NCBI GenBank assembly: GCA_963808235.1
Contig: CAWEEQ010000004.1
Coordinates: 1,408,001 to 1,472,000 of the forward strand
Origin: an uncultured delta proteobacterium
GTDB lineage: Bacteria; Desulfobacterota; Binatia; Binatales; Binataceae
Length of the DNA: 64,000 nt
Direction: 5' to 3'
Shown: in pieces, positions 49,929 to 59,500 of the stretch
Position numbering within the stretch: the first letter of the stretch is position 1
Layout: each line of letters starts with the position of its first letter
Translations under genes and position numbers: made by a program
The notes under the pieces: model-generated
Databases searched by the model: none
What the model was told of the DNA's origin: nothing
The model's input: only the letters and a program-made list of their open reading frames with translations

Positions 49929-50195
49929 ATGAAAACTCCGCCTGTTGGATTTTATGATTCAGTTAAATGCGAGCCGGAACCGGGACGGCGCTTGATTCGG
50001 GAGACTTCGCGTAAGCGGATTTGGCGGCTTGCGACACTCTCGGCCGCGGTTCTGCTGGCAGTTGTGACTTTTGCCTGTTCGAGAAGTCTTATGAACAGCG
50101 AACCTTCCAATGAGTCACGATTTAAAGCGCACATGGTTGGCGCCCCCATGGGAGGTCCGTCTCCTCCACCGCCACCTCCAACGCCGTCACCGTGA
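49929..50195 (+). CDS. Small putative lipoprotein with poly-Pro tail
   Basis: Basic n-region, hydrophobic core, lipobox-like TFAC, tail GPSPPPPPPTPSP; start uncertain. Confidence 0.45.
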   Translation: MKTPPVGFYDSVKCEPEPGRRLIRETSRKRIWRLATLSAAVLLAVVTFACSRSLMNSEPSNESRFKAHMVGAPMGGPSPPPPPPTPSP

Positions 50196-50249
50196 CACAT
50201 GGTGTGAGTACCTAAGCTGCTTGTTGACGATAGGTTGATCCATGCCAAT

Positions 50250-50338
50250 TGGAGGAAATCCTTGCGGCGATCAGCGAGAACGGGCGGGCGCCCTCACCCG
50301 TCGCGCTGGTGCGCGACGACCTCTCCCGAAGGGAGAGG
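50250..50338 (+). repeat. Partial third copy (3' module) of the composite repeat
   Basis: TGGAGGAAATCC...GAGAACGGGCGGGCGCCCTCACCCG...CCTCTCCCGAAGGGAGAGG matches 49349-49436 and 50551-50640. Confidence 0.88.
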
Positions 50339-50377
50339 TGTGCGCAACTGCATATTGAATTCGGAGCAGCCCAGCTC

Positions 50378-50728
50378 CGCGTGCCCTCAGCGGAGTCGAA
50401 GTGTTTTGCGCCGAGAAAGATCCGGGGTTCCTCGGCTTCGCTCGGAATGACACAAAAAAGCACGTGCGAGGATGGCGATTGGTCCGTTCACGTTCACGAC
50501 GTAGCGCGTTCTCGTCTTCGGACGTTGGGCACGGATTTCAGTTTGCCCAGTGGAGGAAATCCTCGCGGCGAGCAGCGAGAACGGGCGGGCGCCCTCACCC
50601 GCCGCGCTTGGCGCGCGACGACCTCTCCCGAAGGGAGAGGCGCAGGAGCGTATGCGCAACATCGAAACTGAACGCGCGACATTGAAGGTTTCGCGACTCA
50701 GACCTCTGTTTGTTGCGGACATCGCAAT
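50378..50728 (+). repeat. ~350-bp composite REP-containing repeat, copy 2
   Basis: Direct repeat of 49176-49528 with scattered substitutions and small indels. Confidence 0.92.
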
Positions 50729-50752
50729 GAGATAAATGAAATGGGCGACTGC

Positions 50753-52374
50753 ATGAAAGGTTAGCGGGGGGGAATACGCGGCGCCTTCGATCCTACATAG
50801 TACTCTTCATCGCTGTGCTCACGTTTGCGACTTTGCTCGCCGACGCAGGAGCGCAACTCGCCTCGAGTTCCTGGCCGATGTTTCAGCACGATATGTCGCA
50901 CACGGGTCAGAGCTCGGTCGACACCAGCGGAACCACCGGCGCGTTCAAATGGCAGGTCTCCGTTCCCACGACTGGCGGCTTCGACTCATCTCCGGTGATT
51001 GGGGCAGATGGCACCATCTACGTCGGAGCGGGTGAGGACCAACTCTGGGCAATCAGCCCTGCCGACGGAACGGTCTTGTGGACCTTCCACCCGACTCCGG
51101 ATGTGAACGCACCGGTCTCGACGCCGGCGGTAGCCGCCGATGGCACCATTTACGTGGTCATCGGGGGGAACCTCTACGCGCTCAATCCCAACGGAACGCA
51201 AAAGTGGGTTTTCACAGGTACCGACCGAAACGGGGCGGTGATGTTGGTGGACTCGCCGACGATAGGCAGCGACGGCACTATCTTCATCGGGGGAACATCT
51301 ATGTTCGCCGTCAATCCCGATGGCACTCAACAGTGGACATACCCGTTGCCAGACGAATTGTCGGGTTCACCCGCCATTTCCCCAGGCGGAGATCTCTTCG
51401 TCTCGGACGGATGTGGCTACTTCGGGTTCAGCATCGACGGTGGCTATCACGGAAACTACAACGATCCCGTCTGCAGCTTTGCCGGTGGCGCCTCATCACC
51501 GACGGTGGATCCTAACAATCCCAACGTCGGCAACCCTCCCTATGTCGGATGTGAAGAGAACTGCAACGCGCTGGATGGGACCGGCCCGACAGGACAGTAT
51601 GTGACCGGAGGTCCGGTTATCTCAACCGCAGCGGTCGATCTTAAGAACAACATCTATTTCGGCTCCTCAGACGGCACCTTTTACGCACTCCGATATGGCG
51701 GGTTTCTGTTATGGAGCTTTCCTCCGCAAAGCGGTGACGGAATAGGTTCGTCAGCTGCCATCGGAGCCGAAGGCACCATTTATCTCCATGGGAACCCGGA
51801 CACTCTCTACGCGTTCAATCCGGACGGAACGATCAAATGGAAGTTCACCGGCCCGGGCGCCTCAGCCGCCAGTTCTTCGCTCGCCATCGGTCCCGACGGG
51901 ACGATCTACGTGCATTCCGAGAACGGAACCTTGTACGCGATTGGCTCGGGAGCACAGGTGCGACCGTCGCCCACGCCGACAGCAACTGCGACGCCAACGG
52001 CGACACCAACGCCGGCCTATTACAATATCGCTGGGTCGTGGTGCGGAGGTTTCTCTGATGCGTTCAATCTCGTGAACGGGACAATCACAACGACCGTTCA
52101 TCAAAAGCGTGCTCACCTCGAGGGGAAATACAAAACGAGTATAGAAGGAACTAATCAGGGTGATCGAGGAGGGCTCACCGGGAAGATCGCAGGCACCGCC
52201 GTCCATCTGGTTATGGAAGTTCGCGGGACATCCTGTCACTTGAACGCAGATGCCACGTACTGTCCGGCAAACACCTTAGGTTGCCTAAGTACGGGGCAAC
52301 TCGTCGGCAGTTATACGCAACACGGATGCAATCAACGCGACGACGGGTCATTTGTCCTCGAACCTTGTCAGTGA
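50753..52374 (+). CDS. Secreted PQQ-like beta-propeller repeat protein with Pro/Thr linker and C-terminal beta domain
   Basis: WPMFQHD..HTG, repeated SP.IG.DGTIY...LYA.NPDGT.KW, linker PSPTPTATATPTATPTP. ATG 50753 is one base out of frame with the signal peptide; the given ORF starts at 50815. Confidence 0.88.
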
Positions 52375-52453
52375 CTTACACCATAAGTACGCCGTGAAAG
52401 TATTGTGACGAGGCGCTGTTGCGATGCGGGCGCATGCTGCTATATGCGTCCCC

Positions 52454-53362
52454 ATGAAGACGCTCCGTATCGAGACTCGCAACGGCGTTGGCGTTATCAC
52501 TCTCACGCGCGGCGCTGAGTACAACACGATCACTCCGGAACTGCGCGACGAGCTTTCGGGCGCGATCGATCGCGTCGACGCGGACCACGATGTCCATGTG
52601 ATCCTGCTCCGCGCTGAGGGGCCCGCATTCTGCGCCGGCTACGCGCTCGAATCGTCCACGCGCGCGCAGTCGGGCGAGCGCGGGCGCAAGCGCGTGTGGG
52701 ACTCGGTCGCCGACTACGGAATGATCTCCCAATACGTGAACGTGTACATGAAGTTGTGGTACGCGAAGAAACCAACTATCGCGGCCGTACAGGGATGGTG
52801 TATCGGCGGAGGCACCGACATGGTGCTATGCAGCGACCTGATAATCGCGGCGGAGTCGGCGTCGTTCGGATATCCGCCGTCGCGAGTGTGGGGCACGCCG
52901 ACCACCGCGATGTGGGTCTATCGAATGGGCCTCGAACGCGCCAAGCGCTACCTGCTGACCGGCGACGAAATCCCCGCGCCTGAGGCCGCGCGAATCGGAC
53001 TAATCCTCGAGACCATGCCGGAGAACGAGCTCGACGCGCGCGCGTCGGCGTTGGCCGAGCGGATGGCGCAGGTGCCGACGAATCAACTCCAGATGCTCAA
53101 GGTGCTCTGCAATCACACCGCGGAGAACATGGGCCTCGGCACGTCGCGATTAGTCGGCTCACTGTTCGACGGTATCGCGCGGCATACGCAGGAAGGCCTC
53201 GATTTCGTCGCGCGCGCGCAAGCGGCGGGATTTCGGCAGGCCGTCCGCGAGCGCGATGATCCGTTCGGAGATTACGGCTCGGGGCCGCGATCGAAAAATC
53301 GCGCGGCGAAAGCTGGCGGGGCCAAAAGCGCAGGCACAAGGAGCGGGAAACGAAAGTCTTAA
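52454..53362 (+). CDS. Crotonase/enoyl-CoA hydratase family protein
   Basis: FCAGY.L, KPTIAAVQG.C.GGG, SDL..AAE, YPPSRVWG subfamily motif. Confidence 0.92.
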   Translation: MKTLRIETRNGVGVITLTRGAEYNTITPELRDELSGAIDRVDADHDVHVILLRAEGPAFCAGYALESSTRAQSGERGRKRVWDSVADYGMISQYVNVYMKLWYAKKPTIAAVQGWCIGGGTDMVLCSDLIIAAESASFGYPPSRVWGTPTTAMWVYRMGLERAKRYLLTGDEIPAPEAARIGLILETMPENELDARASALAERMAQVPTNQLQMLKVLCNHTAENMGLGTSRLVGSLFDGIARHTQEGLDFVARAQAAGFRQAVRERDDPFGDYGSGPRSKNRAAKAGGAKSAGTRSGKRKS

Positions 53363-53443
53363 TTTAATCTGAAACCCGCCTAGGTTTCAGACTTCCTTGG
53401 GCAGGGGTGACCCCTGCACCCAGTGATAAGAAAAGATGCGGGA
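53361..53443 (-). repeat. Two-hairpin palindromic repeat element (inverted)
   Basis: Reverse complement: CACTGGGTGCAGGGGTCACCCCTGCCCAAGGAAGTCTGAAACC...GGTTTCAGATTAAATT. Confidence 0.85.
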
Positions 53444-53492
53444 CTTCGTCTCTGTTAGAACTGGTTAGTGAGAAGGCGTCGGTCCGTTTCTT

Positions 53493-53552
53493 ACCTCGCC
53501 CGTTACTTTCACGGGAGAGGCGGCCGGCCGCGCTGCGGTCGGTAGGTGAGGG
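53493..53552. repeat. Degenerate CCTCTCCC/GGGAGAGG-type REP
   Basis: CCTCGCCCGT...ACGGGAGAGG...GGTGAGGG; same class as the module in the 350-bp repeat, opposite orientation. Confidence 0.6.
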
Positions 53553-53571
53553 TCATGCGAATCGAGATAGT

Positions 53572-53621
53572 TTTCAGCTTCCTTGGGCAGGGGCCATGCC
53601 CCTGCACCTGAGTGAGGAAAA
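53572..53621 (-). repeat. Palindromic repeat element (inverted)
   Basis: Reverse complement TTTTCCTCACTCAGGTGCAGGGGCATGGCCCCTGCC is identical to 45337-45372. Confidence 0.85.
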
Positions 53622-53638
53622 GGTTTATTAGTGATGCG

Positions 53639-54358
53639 ATGACTACCAACGATATTACTTTTCCTGCTGCGGATGGGCATCCGATGCGGGCTGCGTTTGC
53701 GGGGGCTGCTGAGGGCGGCAAGCGGCCTGGGGTGATCGTTATCCATGAGATCTTCGGGCTCAACGATGATATCCGGAGGATCACCGGGCGGGTTGCCGAC
53801 CTTGGCTACGCGGCGCTTGCGCCTGATTTGTACGACGGGCCGGGGTCGCGGTTTATCTGTATCGCGCGCACCCTGATGACGCTCAACCGCGGCGAGGGTA
53901 TCGCGTACAAAGATCTCGATGCGGCGCGGAAGTTTCTGCAGCAGCAGCCGGGCGTGGACTCGACGCGGATCGGAGTGATCGGATTTTGCATGGGCGGCGG
54001 CTTCGCGCTGATGTTTGCGGCGCGCGCGCCGATTGGAGTCGCGGCGACCTTCTATGGCGACGTTCCAAAAACGACCGACCAGTTGCGCGGAGTCTGCCCC
54101 GTGCTCGGCGGTTACGGAGATCGGGACAAGATGTTCGGGTCACAGGGGCGGCGACTCGACAAGCTGCTGGGCGAGCTTGGCGTTGATCACGATGTGAAGA
54201 TATATCCCGATGCGGGCCACAGCTTCATGAGCCACAACACCGGTATCCTGGCGTCGATAGGAAAAATGACTCCGATGAAAGCGGAGTACAATCCCGAGGC
54301 GGCAAACGATAGCTGGAAGCGGATCGAGAGCTTCTTCGCACGCCACCTCGGGCGTTAA
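53639..54358 (+). CDS. Dienelactone hydrolase family protein
   Basis: VIHEIFGL, GY.ALAPDL, GFCMGG, YPDAGHSF. Confidence 0.95.
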   Translation: MTTNDITFPAADGHPMRAAFAGAAEGGKRPGVIVIHEIFGLNDDIRRITGRVADLGYAALAPDLYDGPGSRFICIARTLMTLNRGEGIAYKDLDAARKFLQQQPGVDSTRIGVIGFCMGGGFALMFAARAPIGVAATFYGDVPKTTDQLRGVCPVLGGYGDRDKMFGSQGRRLDKLLGELGVDHDVKIYPDAGHSFMSHNTGILASIGKMTPMKAEYNPEAANDSWKRIESFFARHLGR

Positions 54359-54362
54359 GGCT

Positions 54363-54611
54363 TTACTTGCCCAGCCCGACGGCCTGGCGCGACTTGGCGA
54401 TTCGCTCGCGCGAGGCGACCAGCGCCTCGACGTTGCGGGCGCCGCGATAGCCCATCTGATCGGCCAGATATTCCGCAAGCTTGCGCTCGGAGATATTCGG
54501 CTTTTGTTTGCGCTTGTCGTGCGCCAACTCGGCCAGAGTGGTCCGCAGAGTCTCCTCGGAATCCTTCAGCGTTTCGAAAATCGGAGAGGGAATCACAGAA
54601 CTGATGGGCAT
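54363..54611 (-). CDS. Small hypothetical protein
   Basis: 82-aa helical-looking ORF ending 4 nt from the convergent hydrolase stop. Confidence 0.55.
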   Translation of the reverse strand: MPISSVIPSPIFETLKDSEETLRTTLAELAHDKRKQKPNISERKLAEYLADQMGYRGARNVEALVASRERIAKSRQAVGLGK

Positions 54612-54743
54612 GCCTTCACCTATGTCGCTAATTTATGCGCTAATTCTAGCATAAACGCGGCAAAACTGGTGCATGCCCCAAGTCAAGCATCAGGACTGCA
54701 AGATTGTTCCGCGCGCGACCTATTTTATCGAGACGAGGCGCTG

Positions 54744-54959
54744 CTAGCTCTGAGGATCTTTCAGATGCGGACGGGTCGCGTAGAAGTAGTCCATTCCGGG
54801 AACTCCGCGCGGGGTTTCATCGTCGAAGAGAATCGAGACGACTCCGTAAAACGCGACTACCGCCCAGAATGCGCCGGTTCCGACTGGCGGAAACGCCGCA
54901 GTCGCCGCCGCCTGCATGAGCATCGCGATCGCGTCGCGCATCAGCCACAAATCATGCAT
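54744..54959 (-). CDS. Small hypothetical membrane protein
   Basis: 71-aa ORF with one hydrophobic segment, downstream of the crotonase gene on the same strand. Confidence 0.35.
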   Translation of the reverse strand: MHDLWLMRDAIAMLMQAAATAAFPPVGTGAFWAVVAFYGVVSILFDDETPRGVPGMDYFYATRPHLKDPQS

Positions 54960-55016
54960 CTCGCCGTAACTACCTTGGCAAGGGTGGCGCAGATGGCGGG
55001 CGCCGTGGTGTCTCCC

Positions 55017-55802
55017 CTACTCTCCGGTCCAGTTGGGCTTTCGCTTCTGGGAAAAGGCCAACGGACCCTCTACTGCATCCTTGGATCTGAACAGTTTCGA
55101 TTGCAAGTCGTAATGCTTTGCGATGGCCGCCTCGGTCGTCATCCCGAGCCCGTTCATCGCGGACTGTTTCGACGCCTGCACTGACAACGGCGAGCATTCC
55201 ATGATCTCGCCGGCCCATCGCTCGGCCGTGGGGATCAGGTCCTTGAGCGGCACCACTTCGTTGGCGATTCCGTAGCGATGCGCCTCGGCGGCTGTGATGT
55301 GTTTTCCCGTGAGCATCATGCCCATCGCGATTTTGAGCGGTATGTGACGAGGCAGGCGATGGACTCCGCCGGCTGCCGCCATCAGGCCCACGCGAGGCTC
55401 CGGCAATCCGAAGCGCGCGTGCTCCGCTGCAACTATGATATCGCATGAGAGCGCGATCTCGAATCCACCGCCGAGCGCGAAGCCATTCACCGCCGCGATG
55501 ATCGGCTTGTAGATATCGTAACGCGCGGTGATACCGGCGAAGCCGCCCTTGCCGCGGAGCGCCTCGCTGAGTTGGGCCCGATTTTCGGCCTGGTAGCGGA
55601 GATCGTTACCGGCCGAGAACGCCTTGTCGCCGGCGCCGGTCACGATTGCGACCCACATCGCTTTGTCGGCGATGAAATCGTCCCACACGTTGTCCATCTC
55701 AACGTGGCACGGTGGATGGAGCGCGTTCATGCGTTCGGGGCGGTTAAACGTGATGTAGCCGATGTGGCCGCGCTTTTCGTATTTGACAAATTTCAGATCC
55801 AT
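55017..55802 (-). CDS. Enoyl-CoA hydratase/isomerase (CaiD-like)
   Basis: NRPERMNAL, AFSAGNDL, KPIIAAVNG.ALGGGFE, FGLPEP.VGL; GGAGAGG SD. Confidence 0.95.
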   Translation of the reverse strand: MDLKFVKYEKRGHIGYITFNRPERMNALHPPCHVEMDNVWDDFIADKAMWVAIVTGAGDKAFSAGNDLRYQAENRAQLSEALRGKGGFAGITARYDIYKPIIAAVNGFALGGGFEIALSCDIIVAAEHARFGLPEPRVGLMAAAGGVHRLPRHIPLKIAMGMMLTGKHITAAEAHRYGIANEVVPLKDLIPTAERWAGEIMECSPLSVQASKQSAMNGLGMTTEAAIAKHYDLQSKLFRSKDAVEGPLAFSQKRKPNWTGE

Positions 55803-55821
55803 TGGCGTGCCTCTCCAGTTT

Positions 55822-56055
55822 CTAGTGTTCGTCGAGCAGTTCGAAAAATGCGTCGATACTCTGCATGAGCTGGCGCCGGATTTGCGCGCGGGTGCCTTCG
55901 ATCAGATGCATCGTGACCCGGCCGCTGGTGCCGTCGGCAAGATTGACCCGTGCGTCCTCGACGCCGGCGACGCCGCCCTGGTCAAAGATGCGCATCCCAT
56001 AGACCAGCGCTCCACGCTGCGACGCCCCTTTCACCAGAGTCAACTTACGCGCCAT
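55822..56055 (-). CDS. Small hypothetical protein
   Basis: MARKLTLVKG...SIDAFFELL, GAGGGAG SD upstream, ends 19 nt before the crotonase start. Confidence 0.65.
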   Translation of the reverse strand: MARKLTLVKGASQRGALVYGMRIFDQGGVAGVEDARVNLADGTSGRVTMHLIEGTRAQIRRQLMQSIDAFFELLDEH

Positions 56056-56259
56056 CCGGTTCTCCCTCGCACACGACTGTTCCACAGTTCCCGGATGCTC
56101 TATAGCATATCGAAGCGGAACTGTGGCGTTGGCCAGGAAACTCATCGTCCACTTGCAGCATAACGGGCGTTCGGTCATACAGAACTCACACCTTCTCGCG
56201 CTTTGGCCACGCATCAGTAACGTTCAGCGGCGGAGCGGCGACAAGACAAGGAGACCATA

Positions 56260-56547
56260 ATGCCTCTGTACCTGATCGAGCGAAATTTTGCCGAGCAACT
56301 GAACGTGAACCGCGAGGCCGCAACGGCGGTCTGCCAGGTCAACGCCGACGCCGGCATCGAGTGGCTATTCTCCTTCCTGAGCGCCGACAAGAAGAAGACC
56401 TACTGCCTGTACGAGGCGCCCAACCCCGAAGCTATTCGCGAAGCGGCACGGAAGCTGAACCTGCCGGCGGACGTGATTGTCGAGCTGGGGGACTCGCGGC
56501 TCAACCCATCAGCGCCGAATCTGCTCACGCCAACCCGCGGCGCGTGA
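56260..56547 (+). CDS. DUF4242 (SCO4226-like) protein
   Basis: MP.Y.IERNF, W..S....DK.KTYCLYEAP..EAIR.AA....LPAD.I.E; AAGGAG SD. Confidence 0.9.
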   Translation: MPLYLIERNFAEQLNVNREAATAVCQVNADAGIEWLFSFLSADKKKTYCLYEAPNPEAIREAARKLNLPADVIVELGDSRLNPSAPNLLTPTRGA

Positions 56548-56557
56548 TTGATCGCAG

Positions 56558-59500
56558 TTAGTGTAAGTCGGGCTTCATCTGCGCTATCGCGGCCGTGACG
56601 CGCTCCTCGAGTGCGCGCATCCCCACCTCGCGAGCCGTAGCAAGCGCCTCCTCGAACAGGATCGCGGCCTTGTCGCGGTCGCCAGACTGACGGCGTGCGA
56701 GCAGCATCGCCGCGTACTGCTCCTGGGTGTGTGCAAGCCAGGTCCGCGCGCCCATGCGGGCGTTCATCGCGAGCGCATCTTCAAAATGACGCGTCGCGTC
56801 GTCCCAACGCTCAAGAGTGGTCGCCAGCGCACCGAGGTATCGTGAGAGCGCACCATAGCAAGCCACAGCATTGCTCACGATCACATTGAGCGCGGCGAAG
56901 GGTAAGAGTATCTCGTATAACTTTTCGGCGCGCGCTCGATCCCCCAGAAAGGTGCAGATGTCCACCATGTAGCTCATGGTGCCCATCCACAAGGAATCAC
57001 GCGAGATGTCAGCGAAGTCGTGCTGCGCCAAGTTCTCGAATTCAGTTCGCGCGTCCGCCGTGAGTCCAAGCTCCGAGTAGATCACCGCGAGGCCGGGACG
57101 CCAGGCGGCGTCCGCGGAATTTTGTTGGAGAAAGACTCGCACCACAGGCGCGACTTCCTTGAGACGACCCTGCTCGCGGCGCAGGGCAAACATCTGGAGT
57201 CCGAAAACGCCGGCGGCCGTTTCCGCTTGCAGGCTCTGGCCAATCGCGAAGGCTTGCTGAGCCAGCCGCTCACTGTCTTCGAAGCGTCCCCGCATCAAGG
57301 CCCGCATGGCCCGCAGCATTTCGCAGATGGATTGATGAAAAGGCTGCTTGACCTCTGCCGCCCAACGCCAATAGCCGTCGAAGTCCACGTCGGCCCCCGC
57401 CGTATCTCCCAACTCGAGCCGGCAATACCCGCGCCAGAAGTACTGCGAGTAATTCAGATTTTGGATGTCCGCCAAATTGGCAAGGTCATGCATCTCTGTT
57501 GTGATGGCAAGCCGCTGCTCGGCGTGCTCCGGTCCCGATAAGGCGTAAAACATTCCCAAAAGGCTGTAGCTGACCAGCTCCGGATCTCCGATGCGTCGGG
57601 CCATCGCCACCGCCTGCGGAGCATATACCATCAACTTCTGCCTCTCACCGATGACCCCCAGGTAGCGGGCCAAGCCGCCGAGGGTCTTGGCCTTGAGGGG
57701 ACTGTCATCCGGCCCGAACTTCTGCAGTGCTTCTTCGAGCAGGGGAACCGCTCTCGGCGCGGGAAAACCCGTGGTGTGCGTCATGAATACGAGCTCCAAC
57801 GCCGCATCGATCAAGTGTTCGATTGACCCAAGTGACTTGGCGGTTTCGGCAGCGCGCAGAAATGCTTCGTGGGCTTCAGCGAATTCGCCTGTCCGGTGTC
57901 GCGCTTCACCAAGCAACAACAGAAATGAGTAATGCTGAGCTTCGTGGGCGGGACGATTTCGCTCCGGCGTTTCGGGGATGGCCCCGAGCAGTTCGAGCCC
58001 CTTCTTGAGATGGTTGATGGCTTCCAGGTTTGCCGAGCGCTGAAGGGCTCGCTCACCGGCCCTTTGCCAGTACGGAATCGCCTGTGCTCCCAATCCCGCT
58101 TCCGTGTAGTGATGGGCGATCAGCTCGGGCTGCGTCTCCACCATCTCGGGGAATTGCGCTTCCAGGACGCGCGCGACGCGTTGATGCAGAACTCTGCGCC
58201 GTTCCAGCAGCGACGAGCCTGCCGCGACCTGTTGCGAGAGCGCGTGCTTGAAGCCGTACGCGACGTCGGAAACCGCCGGTTGCTCGTAGATGAACTCGGC
58301 TGTCTGCAGCTCAGAGAGCAGCCGCTGCAACTCGTCGTCACCCTTTCCAGACACTTCCCTTACCAGCCTGAACGGGAACTCCTTGCCGATCACCGCGAGC
58401 GTCTGGAGCAGGTCTTTCTGCTCCGCCGGCAGCCGGTCGATGCGTGAGGCAAGCACCGCTTGCACCGTTGACGGGATTTGAATGGTGCTCAGAGATTTGG
58501 CGAGCTTGATGGTGCCATTGCGAACCAGGGCGCCCTGCTCGAACAGGGCCTGCACGATCTCTTCCATGAAAAAGGGATTGCCCTCGGTCTTCTCGAGGAT
58601 CAGGCGTTTGAGCGGCGCGAGATCGATTCCGTCGTCAAGCAGCGCCTTCAACATCTCCTCGCCGCTCTCGGCGCCAAGCGGGTCAAGCCGGAGCTGCGTA
58701 TAGTAGCTCCGGTTGCCCCAGTTGTGGGTGAACTCGGGCCGGTAATTCACCAGCATCAGGACCCGCGCCGTGCCGATTGAATCGGCGAGCAGGTTCAGCA
58801 GGGCCCTTGAACCTTCGTCGACCCAGTGCAGGTCCTCGAAGATCACGATGAGCGGCTGGCTGAGGCTTTCGCGCAGCAGCAGGCGTTTGATCGCGTCGAG
58901 GGTGCGGCGCCTTCTGATCTCCGGATCCATGCGGGCGATTTGATCGTCGCTCTCCGCCACCTCGAGCAGGGTGAAGATGTATGGCAAGGTGTCTTCCAGC
59001 GAGCGATCGAGGATCAGGATCTTTCCCGCGATCTTCTCGCGGCGCCGGCGTGCGTCGTCGTCAGAAGTTATCTCGAAATAGTTTTTGAGCAGCTCGATCA
59101 GCGGCAGGTATGCCGATGCCTTCCCGTGCGATACGGACAAAGTCTCAAGCACCAGGCATCCGGACTGCCCGATCGCACGGAACTCGAAGAACAGGCGCGA
59201 TTTTCCCACTCCGGCCTCGCCCACCGCGGCAGCCATCTGGCCACGCCCGCTCTTGGCGAGTTCGAGCGCTCGCTTTATTTGCGCGAGCTCACTCTCGCGT
59301 CCCACAAATTTGGAGAGCCCGCGCCTCGCCGACGCTTGCAGACGGGTGCGCAACGGCCCGAGCCCGCCAACCTCGTACACGTTGACCGGCCCGCTGACGC
59401 CCTTAACCCTGGTCGCGCCGAGCGGCTTCAGGATGAAGTAGCCTTCGCAAAAGCTGCGGGTCGCCTCGCTCGCCACGATCGATCCGGTGCGCGCGATTGT

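Noticed and set aside
49176-50728. CRISPR array or integron attC array
   Set aside because: Repeats are ~350 bp and only 2-3 copies, with no regular short repeat-spacer period, no cas or integrase gene, and no clear attC core sites.
48923-50735. Many overlapping 60-150-aa ORFs inside the repeats
   Set aside because: They are translations of palindromic repeat DNA, and their frames are not preserved between copies.
52454-53362. Crotonase lacking the usual catalytic Glu residues as a novel pseudo-enzyme
   Set aside because: The YPPxRVWG variant is, to my knowledge, an already recognised crotonase subfamily.
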